NCBI GenBank assembly: GCA_028692545.1
Contig: JAQUXC010000001.1
Coordinates: 92,658-156,657 of the forward strand
Origin: Patescibacteria group bacterium
GTDB taxonomy: Bacteria > Patescibacteriota > Patescibacteriia > UBA1558 > S5-K13
Direction of reading: 5' to 3'
Length of the DNA: 64,000 nucleotides
The translations under genes and the position numbers were made by a program. Shown in pieces: positions 1 to 9,558 of the stretch. Each line of letters opens with the position of its first letter. Positions within the stretch are counted from its first letter, which is position 1. A model generated the notes under the pieces. The model was given only the letters and a program-made list of their open reading frames with translations, ran no database searches and had not been told where the DNA came from.

Positions 1-1064
1 GTGTTGACATAGGAACATCTAGTATTAAGATTGTTCAACTTGCAAATGATAATAATAAAGCTAGATTAGTAACCTATGGTATGGCAGAAGTAAATTTTGA
101 TATTTTAAGAAATAAAAATCAAGAAAATGTTAATTTAATGGTATCTAATTTAAAAAATCTGTTAGCAAAATCTAGAGTATCCTCAAAAAATTGTTCAGCA
201 GCTCTTCCCACATTTTCAGTTTTTAGCTCTGTTATAAGTTTACCAGTAATGAATAAAATTGATTTAGATTCTGCTGTTAAATGGGAAGCTAAAAAATTTA
301 TACCATTTCCTATTGAAGATATGATATTGGATTGGAAAATTATAGACAATGGAGATATGAATATAAATAGTGTTGAAAAATCAAGTACAACTGTAGATGA
401 AAATATTATAAAAACAAAATCAAAATTTAATAGAGTTTTACTTACAGCAGCTCCAAAAAATTTGGTAGCTATTTATGTAGATGTTTTTAAAAAAGTAGGT
501 TTAAATTTGTGTAGTTTGGAAGTGGAATCTTTTGCTATGGCAAGAGCACTTATGGATACAAATAGTAATTCTACTATGATTGTTGATATTGGATCTATAA
601 CAACAGACGTTTGTGTTGTCGAAAATGATTTACCAGTATTGAATAGAAGTATAGAAGTTGGTGGACGTATAATAACTCAGAGCATTGCAAAGAGTTTAAA
701 TATTAATTTTGAAAGAGCAGAACAGTTTAAGCAAGATTTTGGTTTAGTTGCGAGCTCAGAAGAAAGCAGTAATATTCCAAAAACTATAGAAGAAACATTA
801 TCTCCAATGATTAATGAAATAAAATATGTTTTTGATTTATACAAAAGACAGGGTAAAGGTAATGTTGATAAGGTTATATTATCTGGAGGATCTGCCTATT
901 TGCCAAATTTGGTTGACTATCTAAGCAAAGTATTAAATACGTCTGTTTATATAGGTGATTCTTGGCATAAGGTAATGTATCCAAAAGAATTAAAACCAAT
1001 TTTAGATGAAATAGGTCCAAGATTTTCAGTAGCTATTGGCTTAGGATTGAGAAATATAATATAA
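1..1064 (+). CDS. pilM: type IV pilus assembly protein PilM (actin-like ATPase fold), 5' end cut by window edge
   Basis: The reading frame is open from position 3, with no start codon inside the window before 81. The N-terminal VDIGTSSIKIV motif is typical of the PilM/FtsA actin fold. pilN/O-like genes and pilB/T/C follow. Confidence 0.7.
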   Translation, partial: VDIGTSSIKIVQLANDNNKARLVTYGMAEVNFDILRNKNQENVNLMVSNLKNLLAKSRVSSKNCSAALPTFSVFSSVISLPVMNKIDLDSAVKWEAKKFIPFPIEDMILDWKIIDNGDMNINSVEKSSTTVDENIIKTKSKFNRVLLTAAPKNLVAIYVDVFKKVGLNLCSLEVESFAMARALMDTNSNSTMIVDIGSITTDVCVVENDLPVLNRSIEVGGRIITQSIAKSLNINFERAEQFKQDFGLVASSEESSNIPKTIEETLSPMINEIKYVFDLYKRQGKGNVDKVILSGGSAYLPNLVDYLSKVLNTSVYIGDSWHKVMYPKELKPILDEIGPRFSVAIGLGLRNII

Positions 1065-1071
1065 TTAAAAT

Positions 1072-2436
1072 ATGCCTGATATAAATTTATTACCAGAAGA
1101 TTTAAAAAAGAAAAATAATAATTCTTTCAAAAAGAAGAATGATTTTAATTCTAGGGAAGTTGAGTTTACTTCTGGTGTATCACTCAAAAAGGATAGTGAA
1201 GATGATGAAATAGATGCTGTAGATAAATTGTTTAGTTGGATGAAACCGAAAATGGATGAAAAAAATAATACTAATTTAGGAAGTGTAAATATTCCACAAA
1301 AACAAAATTTAATAAATAATAAAGTGCCAGAAATTCAAGAAAGGCCTTACACAATAAAATCAGATAAATTAAAAAAGGACAAAATAGTAAAAGTAAAAGA
1401 GAATAAGAGAAATTTTTTTTCTAAATTATTTTCACAAAAACAAAAAAACAAAAATATTAAAAATATAAAAAAGGAAATTCCAATAAATGATAACAAAAAA
1501 AATTATTTAGGTTCAAATAATTTTATAAATGAGAAAACTTTTAATTCAGATGGAAATTTATCGATTAACAAACCTTTGGTGGGTGGAGTAAAATCAAGTA
1601 ATATTTCAAATATTTCTACACAAAAAATATCTAATGATTCTAATATACAAAAAAATATAGTGTCTGATATACAATTAAAAAATATAGTAAATACTAAAGA
1701 TATTAGCGAATCAAAAATCAACAACAAAGTTATTACAAACAATAAAAAAGAAAGTCCAAATTCACCTAAAAAATCTAAATTTAGTCTAAAAAGTATATTT
1801 TCAAGTAAGAAAAAAAATAAAAATTTTTCAATGCTAGATCAAAACAATGATTTGGGGGTTAATCTATTGCCAGAAGGTATCAATACTCCTAGTGCTAAAA
1901 ATTTAATTTTTGTTTTATTGTCTACATTTATTGTGTCATGTATGATTGTTGTGGTTGCATATTTTGCTTTAAATATTTATGAGATTAAGTTGGTTGATAA
2001 ATATAAAGATATAAATGTGGAAGCAGGTAGTTATAAATCAAGTTTAGATTCCTATGATACCCTTATATCTGAAATACAATCTTGGCAAACAAAGATTGAT
2101 AAAATAAGAACACTATTTAGTCATCATGTATATTGGACTAAATTTTTTGAAACTGTAGAGGCAAATACTTTGTCAGATATAATATTTTCTAGTTTTACTG
2201 GTAGTGTGAATGGTAATTTGACTTTGAATGCTCAAGCTCCAAATTATGAAACTGTTGTTAAGCAGTGGAATTATTGGAATGGTGCAGATAAATTTGTTGA
2301 TAAGGTAATTATAAGTGGAGCGTCTTTATCATCAAATGGTACATCTCAAATAGTTAATTTTTCCGTTACTTTTGATTTTGTAGATAATATTTTTTATAAG
2401 ACGGATAAATTAGAAGAAAATAAACAAAATGAATAA
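1072..2436 (+). CDS. PilN-like fimbrial assembly protein with a long Lys/Asn-rich N-terminal extension
   Basis: It sits directly downstream of pilM. It has a single TM helix (LIFVLLSTFIVSCMIVVVAYFAL) followed by a roughly 170-aa periplasmic region, the PilN architecture. The 250-aa low-complexity N-terminus is unusual. Confidence 0.4.
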   Translation: MPDINLLPEDLKKKNNNSFKKKNDFNSREVEFTSGVSLKKDSEDDEIDAVDKLFSWMKPKMDEKNNTNLGSVNIPQKQNLINNKVPEIQERPYTIKSDKLKKDKIVKVKENKRNFFSKLFSQKQKNKNIKNIKKEIPINDNKKNYLGSNNFINEKTFNSDGNLSINKPLVGGVKSSNISNISTQKISNDSNIQKNIVSDIQLKNIVNTKDISESKINNKVITNNKKESPNSPKKSKFSLKSIFSSKKKNKNFSMLDQNNDLGVNLLPEGINTPSAKNLIFVLLSTFIVSCMIVVVAYFALNIYEIKLVDKYKDINVEAGSYKSSLDSYDTLISEIQSWQTKIDKIRTLFSHHVYWTKFFETVEANTLSDIIFSSFTGSVNGNLTLNAQAPNYETVVKQWNYWNGADKFVDKVIISGASLSSNGTSQIVNFSVTFDFVDNIFYKTDKLEENKQNE

Positions 2437-3151
2437 TATGTTAGATCAGAATAATAAAATTGATAATACTAATTTTAATTCAAATGTTAGTACTGACGTC
2501 TCTAAAGAACTTAGAGAAGTTCCTAAATATTTGTCAAATATTTTTAAACATTTAAAATTTTTAATTTTAATAGAAATAGTTTTGGTTTTGGTAATTGGTT
2601 ATATTTTTTTAATCAGAAATAAAGTTAGCTCTATAAAAGAGATAAATAGTCTTATTATAGAGAAACAAAATGAAGTTAATAATTTATTAAATTATAAATC
2701 AAAATCTGAAGAATTATCAAAAAAATATGAGGAATTAAAAAAATCAAAAGATAATGATATAGAAAAAATAAAAGAAGTTTTGCCATCTGAATCAGATTTA
2801 CCGGGTATTATGGCTCAAGTAGAGGCATTAGTAAAGGAAAATGGTTTAGAGCTTGGTAGTATATCCTTATCTGCTTTAGAAGAAAATGAATTACCTAAAG
2901 AAGATACTAAAAAAAATGTTGTTAAGGGTATTTCAAAGAAAAATGTAGATAGTGATATGTCTGGTATAAAAGAGGTGAATGTTGCTATATTTGTTTTTGG
3001 TAGTAATGGAGGATATGACAAAATAAAGAGTTTTCTTAGTGCACTTGAAAATCATATAAGACTTATAGATATTGTGTCATTTAATTTTGATGAAAAAATG
3101 AGTTCTTATTCAATTAATTTTAAAACTTATTATTTAAGCAATGAAAAATAA
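2429..3151 (+). CDS. PilO-like pilus assembly protein (TM helix plus coiled coil)
   Basis: The call rests on its position after the pilN-like gene, an N-terminal TM segment (FLILIEIVLVLVIGYIFLI) and a coiled-coil region. Confidence 0.35.
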   Translation: MNNMLDQNNKIDNTNFNSNVSTDVSKELREVPKYLSNIFKHLKFLILIEIVLVLVIGYIFLIRNKVSSIKEINSLIIEKQNEVNNLLNYKSKSEELSKKYEELKKSKDNDIEKIKEVLPSESDLPGIMAQVEALVKENGLELGSISLSALEENELPKEDTKKNVVKGISKKNVDSDMSGIKEVNVAIFVFGSNGGYDKIKSFLSALENHIRLIDIVSFNFDEKMSSYSINFKTYYLSNEK

Positions 3152-3500
3152 TTATTTTGATAAAAAATTAGTAGTTTTGTTTATTATAATGTTGGTTATG
3201 GTGTCTTTTATGTTTTATTTTTTAAAAACAAACTCATTACAGACTGAAAACATACAAACAGAAAGTGCACATAATGTAAATAATATAGATATACTTGAAG
3301 CAAAGAAAAATGCTATCAACAAACTTCTTGATGATATAGATAAATCATTTGATGAAGATTTGGAAAATTTTTTGAATGATATGCGTTCTTATGTAAATTT
3401 GCCTTTGAAAGCTGATAAAGTTGGAAATGATTATCCTTTTGGTAATTATATAGATACAAATGAAAAAAATATTCAAGATGAAACAAATAAAAAAGATTGA
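3141..3500 (+). CDS. small membrane-anchored protein in the pilus operon (PilP-like position)
   Basis: It has an N-terminal TM helix and overlaps the neighbouring genes at both ends, consistent with operon membership. There is no recognisable motif. Confidence 0.3.
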   Translation: MKNNYFDKKLVVLFIIMLVMVSFMFYFLKTNSLQTENIQTESAHNVNNIDILEAKKNAINKLLDDIDKSFDEDLENFLNDMRSYVNLPLKADKVGNDYPFGNYIDTNEKNIQDETNKKD

Positions 3501-5260
3501 TTATGCAAGTAGATTACAATGATAAAATTTTTAATAAAATACAAGAATTATCTTCTATAACAAAAGATAAGCTTGAGTTTTTGAAAAAAAAGTTAGTTGA
3601 AGAAAATCAAAATATAGATAGTATTATAAAAAAATATTATTTGATAGATTTGGAAAATTATGCACAAATAAAAGCTACTGTTATAGGTATGCCTTATAAA
3701 AATTTATTAGATGAAAAGGTAAATGCTGAAGCTTTAAAACTATTACCAATAAATCTTTCTGCTAATTATAAAATGGTTATTTTTAACAAGAGAGACAAGG
3801 TATTGGATGTAGGATTAGTTGATCCTGAGGATTTTAGCGCAATAGAAGCAGTAGAATTTTTAGCACACAAAAATAATTATAAATTAAAATATTATCTTAT
3901 TTCAGAAGAAAGTTTTAATTCTGTATTCAAAAAAACTGAAAATATTAAACAACAAGTAAACGAAGCTTTGGATTATGCAAAAGAAGAATTTGAAGAAATT
4001 GTAGATGAGTCTCAGTTTGATGAAGAAAATTTAGGTGACATTATCAAAACAGCTCCTGTTACAAAAATTATATCTGTGCTTTTAAAACATGCTGTAGAGG
4101 GAAGAGCTTCTGATATACATATTGAACCAGTATCTGAAAAATCAATTATAAGATTTAGAATAGATGGGAAATTACACAATTCAATAGTTTTACCAATTTA
4201 CATACACAATGCACTTATAGCAAGAGTAAAGGTAATGGCTAATATGAAAATAGATGAAACTAGAATTCCTCAAGATGGAAGAATCAGAGTTGCAATGAAA
4301 AGAGGTAAAGATGTAAAAAAAATAGATTTTAGAGTATCTACATTGCCACTTATAGACTACGAGAAAGTAGTTATGAGAATTTTGAGTACTCCAGAAAAAG
4401 TTCCAGAATTTGAGGAATTGGGATTCTTTGGAAATTCAAAAAGAATGATAGAAGAAGCTATCAGCAAACCAAATGGTATGATTTTGGTAACAGGACCTAC
4501 TGGTAGTGGTAAATCTTTTACATTATTTACTGCTCTAAATAAGATTAATTCTGAGTTAATAAATATTTGTACATTAGAAGATCCAGTTGAGTATAATATT
4601 AAAGGAATCAATCAATCACAAGTAAGGCCAGAGGTAAATTATACTTTTGCATCAGGTCTTAGGTCTCTACTTAGACAAGATCCAGATGTTATAATGGTGG
4701 GAGAAATTAGAGATAGTGAAACAGCAAAACTTGCTGTGCATGCTGCCCTTACTGGTCATTTGGTTTTTTCAACGCTTCATACAAATGATGCAATAGGTGC
4801 AATACCGAGACTTATTGATATGAAAATAGAACCATTTCTTTTGTCATCTACCTTGAATTTAGTTTTTGCACAGAGGCTAGTAAGAAGAATTTGTGATAAT
4901 TGTAAAGAAGAAATGATCCTTTCTGATATATTAAAAGAACAAATATCATCCTCTATTAATGATTTACCTGAGTCTGCTTTTTATGGTAATGTTAAGAAAG
5001 GAGATGTTATAAAATTCTACCATGGTAAGGGTTGTAATCGTTGTGGTGGAACTGGGTATAAAGGCAGAATAGCTATAAATGAAGTTTTTGTACCAAATAG
5101 AGCCTTGAAAGATGTTATCAATGATGGTAATGACATGGGAAAATTTCAAGATGAATTAAAAAAACAAGGATATATAAATATGATGCAAGATGGTCTTATA
5201 AAAGTTTTAAGTGGTATGACGACGTTGGAAGAAGTTTTGCGAGCTACAAAAGAATTTTAA
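3497..5260 (+). CDS. pilB: type IV pilus extension ATPase PilB/GspE family
   Basis: It has the Walker A GPTGSGKS, the Walker B DPDVIMVGEIRD, the His box LVFSTLHTNDA and a C-terminal tetracysteine (CDNC...CNRC) characteristic of PilB/GspE. Confidence 0.85.
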   Translation: MIMQVDYNDKIFNKIQELSSITKDKLEFLKKKLVEENQNIDSIIKKYYLIDLENYAQIKATVIGMPYKNLLDEKVNAEALKLLPINLSANYKMVIFNKRDKVLDVGLVDPEDFSAIEAVEFLAHKNNYKLKYYLISEESFNSVFKKTENIKQQVNEALDYAKEEFEEIVDESQFDEENLGDIIKTAPVTKIISVLLKHAVEGRASDIHIEPVSEKSIIRFRIDGKLHNSIVLPIYIHNALIARVKVMANMKIDETRIPQDGRIRVAMKRGKDVKKIDFRVSTLPLIDYEKVVMRILSTPEKVPEFEELGFFGNSKRMIEEAISKPNGMILVTGPTGSGKSFTLFTALNKINSELINICTLEDPVEYNIKGINQSQVRPEVNYTFASGLRSLLRQDPDVIMVGEIRDSETAKLAVHAALTGHLVFSTLHTNDAIGAIPRLIDMKIEPFLLSSTLNLVFAQRLVRRICDNCKEEMILSDILKEQISSSINDLPESAFYGNVKKGDVIKFYHGKGCNRCGGTGYKGRIAINEVFVPNRALKDVINDGNDMGKFQDELKKQGYINMMQDGLIKVLSGMTTLEEVLRATKEF

Positions 5261-5275
5261 ATTTAACTAAAAAAT

Positions 5276-5653
5276 ATGTCTGATGCAAATAAAAAAATAT
5301 TAATAGCAGAAGATGATCCATTTTTATCTGGCATGTATTCAGAAAAACTTGAATTAGAGAATTTTAATGTTATATTAGCAGTTGATGGAGTTGAAGCGAT
5401 AGATAAAATGAAAATATATAAACCAGATTTAGTTTTATTAGATCTTCTTATGCCAAAGAAGGATGGTTTTGAAGTTTTAAGTGAAAAATTATTAGATGAT
5501 AGTATAAAAGATATACCAGTTATAGTCCTTACGAATTTGTCACAAAAGGAACAAATTAAAAAATGTTATGATTTAGGCGCAAAAGATTTTTTGATAAAAG
5601 CATATTTTGTACCATCTGAAGTTATTAAGAAAATAAGAACAATAATAGAATAG
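5276..5653 (+). CDS. single-domain response regulator receiver (CheY/PilH-like)
   Basis: The receiver hallmarks are intact: an EDD acid pocket, a phospho-acceptor Asp in LLDLLMP, a conserved T/S and a K in KDFLIKA. Confidence 0.7.
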   Translation: MSDANKKILIAEDDPFLSGMYSEKLELENFNVILAVDGVEAIDKMKIYKPDLVLLDLLMPKKDGFEVLSEKLLDDSIKDIPVIVLTNLSQKEQIKKCYDLGAKDFLIKAYFVPSEVIKKIRTIIE

Positions 5654-5658
5654 TTATT

Positions 5659-6717
5659 ATGCCATCAATAGATAAGTTACATTTAAATGAGCTTATAAAT
5701 CAAGCTCTAAAAGAGAATGCTATTTCTCTTTCTTTTAATATTAGTAGTTATCCTATTATGAAAATAAGAGATAATTTAAAGATATTAGAAGATGCTCCAA
5801 TTTTAACAAAAGAATTTTTGGAGACAATAATGGATTCTATTTTAAATGATACTCAAAAAGAGATTTTAAAAAAAGAAAAAGAACTTACTATGGGTTATGA
5901 TTGGTCAAATGATGTAAGATTAATAGTAAATTTTTTTTATCAGAGGGGTTCTTTGTCTATTACTATAAAAATAGTACCAGCAGTTTTTAGAGATATTACA
6001 GAATTAAATTTACCAAATGTAGTAAATGATATAGTAAAAATGAAATCAGGACTTATTATTATATGTGGACCAGTGTCATCCGGAAGAACAACTACAATTT
6101 CATCAATATTAGAATATCTTAATAAAAATACTGATAATAGAATAGTTACAATTGAATGTCCAATAGAGAGACAATTTATTAATAAAAAAAGTATTATTCA
6201 ACAAAGAGAAATTGGTAGAGATGTAGACTCTATAGCAGACGGTCTAAATGATGTAATAGATGAAGATGTAAATATTGTTTATGTCGCAAAAATTAGTTCC
6301 AAAGAAGATGTAAAAGCTATGTTGCAAGTTGCAAATTCTGGGAAATTGGTTTTTGTGATTATGGATTTGGATTCTATAGTTTCTGTTTTAAATCAGATAT
6401 ATGGTAGTTTTGAATTATCGGAAAAAGATTGGGCCAGAAGTCTTTTGGTAGAATCACTGAGAGTTATAATCAATCAGAGATTAATACCAAGATCAGGTGG
6501 TGGAGAAATTCTTGCTTCTGAAGTTTTTACTATGACATCTACAAGTTATGCTATGGTAAAATCTGGAAATTTTGATCAAATAAAATCAATAATGCAAACA
6601 TCAAGACAAGATAATATGCAAGATTTAGATACGGTTTTAAAGACAATGGTTCAAAATGGTATTATCGAATTAGAAAATGCAAAAAAATATTCAAATAATC
6701 CAGAAGTTTTTAAATAA
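5659..6717 (+). CDS. PilT-like retraction ATPase homolog with degenerate catalytic motifs
   Basis: It has the PilT/GspE fold at typical length. The Walker A reads GPVSSGRTTT (Lys replaced by Arg), the Asp box is ECPIER, and the Walker B glutamate and His box are not conserved. Confidence 0.6.
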   Translation: MPSIDKLHLNELINQALKENAISLSFNISSYPIMKIRDNLKILEDAPILTKEFLETIMDSILNDTQKEILKKEKELTMGYDWSNDVRLIVNFFYQRGSLSITIKIVPAVFRDITELNLPNVVNDIVKMKSGLIIICGPVSSGRTTTISSILEYLNKNTDNRIVTIECPIERQFINKKSIIQQREIGRDVDSIADGLNDVIDEDVNIVYVAKISSKEDVKAMLQVANSGKLVFVIMDLDSIVSVLNQIYGSFELSEKDWARSLLVESLRVIINQRLIPRSGGGEILASEVFTMTSTSYAMVKSGNFDQIKSIMQTSRQDNMQDLDTVLKTMVQNGIIELENAKKYSNNPEVFK

Positions 6718-6722
6718 TATAT

Positions 6723-7934
6723 ATGCCAAAATTTAATTATAAAGCTTTAGATATAAACGGAAATGTAATCAATGGAATTGTAGATGCTCCTTCTCAGGAA
6801 TTAGCAAGTACTGCCTTGATAGATAAAAGTTTCAAAATTATTGATTTGGAAGAATCAAAGGGTTTGGTAAATTTTAATTTTAAGGCATTGTCTATATTTA
6901 ATGGAATTAGTAAAAAGGATTTGGTTATTTTTTCTAGACAATTAGCTGTTATGATATCAGCAACAGTTCCTATAATACAAGCACTTCGTGGTATTACAAA
7001 ACAGACAACTAATCAAGCTCTTAGTAGAAATGTTGAACAAATAGCAGATGATGTAGATGGTGGTATGAAATTATCAGATGCTATGAGTAAACATGCTATT
7101 TTTGATAATTTTTTTGTTAGCATGATTGCAGCAGGAGAGAGTTCTGGTAGATTAGACGAGGTTTTGAACTATTTAGCAGATGAGGTAGAAAAAAGTTATG
7201 ACCTCTCTGCAAAAATAAAAGGAGCTATGATATATCCTATATTTATTATAAGCGGTTTGCTACTAGTCGGTATTGCTGCAATGATTTTTATAATTCCAAA
7301 TCTTACGGAAATGTTGCAAGCATCAGGCGCTGTGTTGCCTCTTCCTACTAGAGTTCTTATATTTATAAGCGATTCACTTAGAAAATATTATATATTAATA
7401 ATATTATTTGTTGCTGTATTTGTTTTTGGATTAATTTATTCTATAAAGAAAACAGAACTCGGTAACAAAATATTCAATATAATAAAAATAAAATTTCCTG
7501 TTTTTGGAAAACTTTTTAAAAACATATATTTGGTAAGATTTTCTAGTACGCTATCAAGTCTTATTTCAGCAGGCGTACCACTCACAGAAGCACTTAGAAT
7601 TACAGGAAATGTTGTAGGAAATTACAATTACAAAAAAGTAATAAATGAAGCTGTAAAAAAAGTAGAAGATGGATACTCCATTGCTTATGTTTTTTCAGAA
7701 AGTAATTTGTTTCCACCGATGCTTTCTCAGATGTTGAAAGTTGGAGAAAAAACAGGAAGATTGAATATAGTACTTGATAAATTATCGGGATTTTATGCTA
7801 GAGAAGTTTCAAATATGGTAGGAAATCTTACAGCACTTATTGAACCACTTATAATGGTGATAATAGGTCTTGGAGTTGGTGGAATGGTAGCAGCTATTAT
7901 AATGCCTATGTATAATATGGCAAATACATTTTAG
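6723..7934 (+). CDS. pilC: type IV pilus inner-membrane platform protein PilC/GspF
   Basis: It has the two GspF repeats with TM segments and a conserved domain layout, and it lies in the pil operon. Confidence 0.8.
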   Translation: MPKFNYKALDINGNVINGIVDAPSQELASTALIDKSFKIIDLEESKGLVNFNFKALSIFNGISKKDLVIFSRQLAVMISATVPIIQALRGITKQTTNQALSRNVEQIADDVDGGMKLSDAMSKHAIFDNFFVSMIAAGESSGRLDEVLNYLADEVEKSYDLSAKIKGAMIYPIFIISGLLLVGIAAMIFIIPNLTEMLQASGAVLPLPTRVLIFISDSLRKYYILIILFVAVFVFGLIYSIKKTELGNKIFNIIKIKFPVFGKLFKNIYLVRFSSTLSSLISAGVPLTEALRITGNVVGNYNYKKVINEAVKKVEDGYSIAYVFSESNLFPPMLSQMLKVGEKTGRLNIVLDKLSGFYAREVSNMVGNLTALIEPLIMVIIGLGVGGMVAAIIMPMYNMANTF

Positions 7935-7943
7935 TAAAATATG

Positions 7944-7972
7944 TTTTGTTGATATTAATTTTGTGATATAAT
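7944..7972 (+). promoter_or_regulatory. sigma70-like promoter with extended -10 (TGaTATAAT) upstream of pilin gene 1
   Basis: tgaTATAAT lies at 7964-7972 with a weak TTGTTG/TTGATA -35 region upstream. It is about 110 nt upstream of the pilin ATG. Confidence 0.45.
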
Positions 7973-8083
7973 AATAACAGTTATAAATGGATTTAGTAAG
8001 ATTTCCACAGTCTTACAATAAATCATATATATAATAAAATTTAAAAAATTATCGAGCTTAGCTCGAGAAAAGAAAGGGATAAA

Positions 8084-8560
8084 GTGATGAATAAAAAAGG
8101 TTTTACATTAATAGAACTTTTGGTCGTCATAGCTATTATTGGTCTTCTTTCCACATTAGCAGTATTTTCTTTGAATTCTGCTAGAACAAAGGCAAGAGAC
8201 GCAAAAAGAATATCTGATATGAAAATGCTTGGAACAGCAATGGAAATGTATGCTACAGAAGGGGGTACTTATGTAGGTTCTTTAGGTACCACTACTACTG
8301 GTGGTGATCTTTTACATGAATTGGGAAGTATTCAGTATGGGGGAGAATCTTTATTGGATTTATCAGTTTTAAAAGATCCTTCTAGTCCAACTGATGCATG
8401 TACAAGTGGTTCAGATGCTGCATGTAATTATGCTGTAAGAATTGTTCCTACGGCAAGCACCTATCAAATTTGTTTTTATTTAGAGAAAGGTGCTGCAAGT
8501 TTTGGATATGGTCCACATAAATTGATTCAAGGTGGAGGAATGTCAACAGGTTGTGATTAA
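8084..8560 (+). CDS. type IV pilin (class III signal peptide, prepilin)
   Basis: The N-terminus MMNKKGFTLIELLVVIAIIGLL is the prepilin peptidase cleavage/methylation motif. The C-terminal half is Cys-rich and variable. Confidence 0.85.
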   Translation: MMNKKGFTLIELLVVIAIIGLLSTLAVFSLNSARTKARDAKRISDMKMLGTAMEMYATEGGTYVGSLGTTTTGGDLLHELGSIQYGGESLLDLSVLKDPSSPTDACTSGSDAACNYAVRIVPTASTYQICFYLEKGAASFGYGPHKLIQGGGMSTGCD

Positions 8561-8581
8561 GGTTAAAGAATTTTTTTTAAA

Positions 8582-8618
8582 ATCCCTATCAGTTTTTATT
8601 TGATAGGGATTTTTTTTA
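8582..8618 (+). terminator. intrinsic terminator after pilin gene 1
   Basis: A 10-bp stem atccctatca/tgatagggat is followed by a T8 run. Confidence 0.75.
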
Positions 8619-8648
8619 TATATAATTATTTGTCTATTATTTTTTATT

Positions 8649-8677
8649 TTGATTAATTTTTTTATTTTTGATATAAT
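8649..8677 (+). promoter_or_regulatory. sigma70-like promoter TTGATT-N17-tgaTATAAT upstream of pilin gene 2
   Basis: It is near consensus, with a -35 box, a 17-bp spacer and an extended -10. Confidence 0.5.
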
Positions 8678-8704
8678 AAATCTATTATTATTATAAATAA
8701 ATAT

Positions 8705-9205
8705 ATGTTAAAGAGTTACAAAAAAGGTTTTACATTAATAGAACTTTTGGTCGTCATAGCTATTATTGGTCTTCTTTCCACATTAGCAGTATTTTCTTTG
8801 AATTCTGCTAGAACAAAGGCAAGAGACGCAAAAAGAATATCTGATATGAAAATGCTTTCAACAGCAATGGAAATGTATGCTACAGATGAAGGTTCTTATG
8901 ATGATGCTATTACTTCATGTGAAAGTGGGTTATATACTTGCAGTGGTATATCTTACGGAGGAGCTCCTTTACTTGATTTAGTTACGTTGAAAGATCCATC
9001 TAATCCAACTATTCTTTGCAATGGTGAATTAGTACCATGTGAATATACATTTTTTTCTAATCCTGCAGTTTGGGATTGGTCTGTTTGTTTTGGTCTAGAA
9101 AAGCCGACTGGTAACCAAGGAAGTGGTTTGCATGCTATAGGTCCTGGTGGTAGTATTGTCAGTGTGGATGATAATAATATAGATGATTATTGTCGCGATG
9201 AATAA
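8705..9205 (+). CDS. type IV pilin paralog; N-terminal 57 aa nearly identical to pilin 1, C-terminal domain divergent
   Basis: It has the same prepilin motif as pilin 1. Nucleotides 8723-8892 match 8097-8266 with only 2 mismatches. Confidence 0.85.
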   Translation: MLKSYKKGFTLIELLVVIAIIGLLSTLAVFSLNSARTKARDAKRISDMKMLSTAMEMYATDEGSYDDAITSCESGLYTCSGISYGGAPLLDLVTLKDPSNPTILCNGELVPCEYTFFSNPAVWDWSVCFGLEKPTGNQGSGLHAIGPGGSIVSVDDNNIDDYCRDE

Positions 9206-9227
9206 TAAATTGAAATTCATATAAACA

Positions 9228-9253
9228 AAAAAGACTCATAAGAGTCTTTTTTG
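9228..9253 (+). terminator. intrinsic terminator after pilin gene 2
   Basis: The stem aagactc/gagtctt is followed by a T-run. Confidence 0.65.
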
Positions 9254-9368
9254 TTTATATAATAGTATGTTAATAAAAAATATATATTAGTGCTCTTATT
9301 AGCTATTTTTTATTAATCTATATAGATCAACTTCGAAGGACTTACTAGGAATTTCACCTCGCCACATA

Positions 9369-9443
9369 TGGTGTCCCGACTAGGAATCGAACCTAGATTA
9401 CAAGCTCCGCAAGCTGGCGTTCTATCCATTGAACTACCGGGAC
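9369..9443 (-). tRNA. tRNA-Arg (anticodon GCG by my fold)
   Basis: The 75-nt cloverleaf folds with acceptor stem GTCCCGG/TCGGGAC, D stem GTTC/GAAC, T arm CTAGG-TTCGATT-CCTAG, discriminator A and encoded CCA. The anticodon loop is TTGCGGA. Confidence 0.65.
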
Positions 9444-9558
9444 TATATTAGTAATTTTTATAAATATAACTATATCTTCAAAAACAATTTATTGCAAGTA
9501 TTTATAATAATTAAAAAAGGTTAAAATAAAACCTTTTCTTTTATATAAATATATATTT

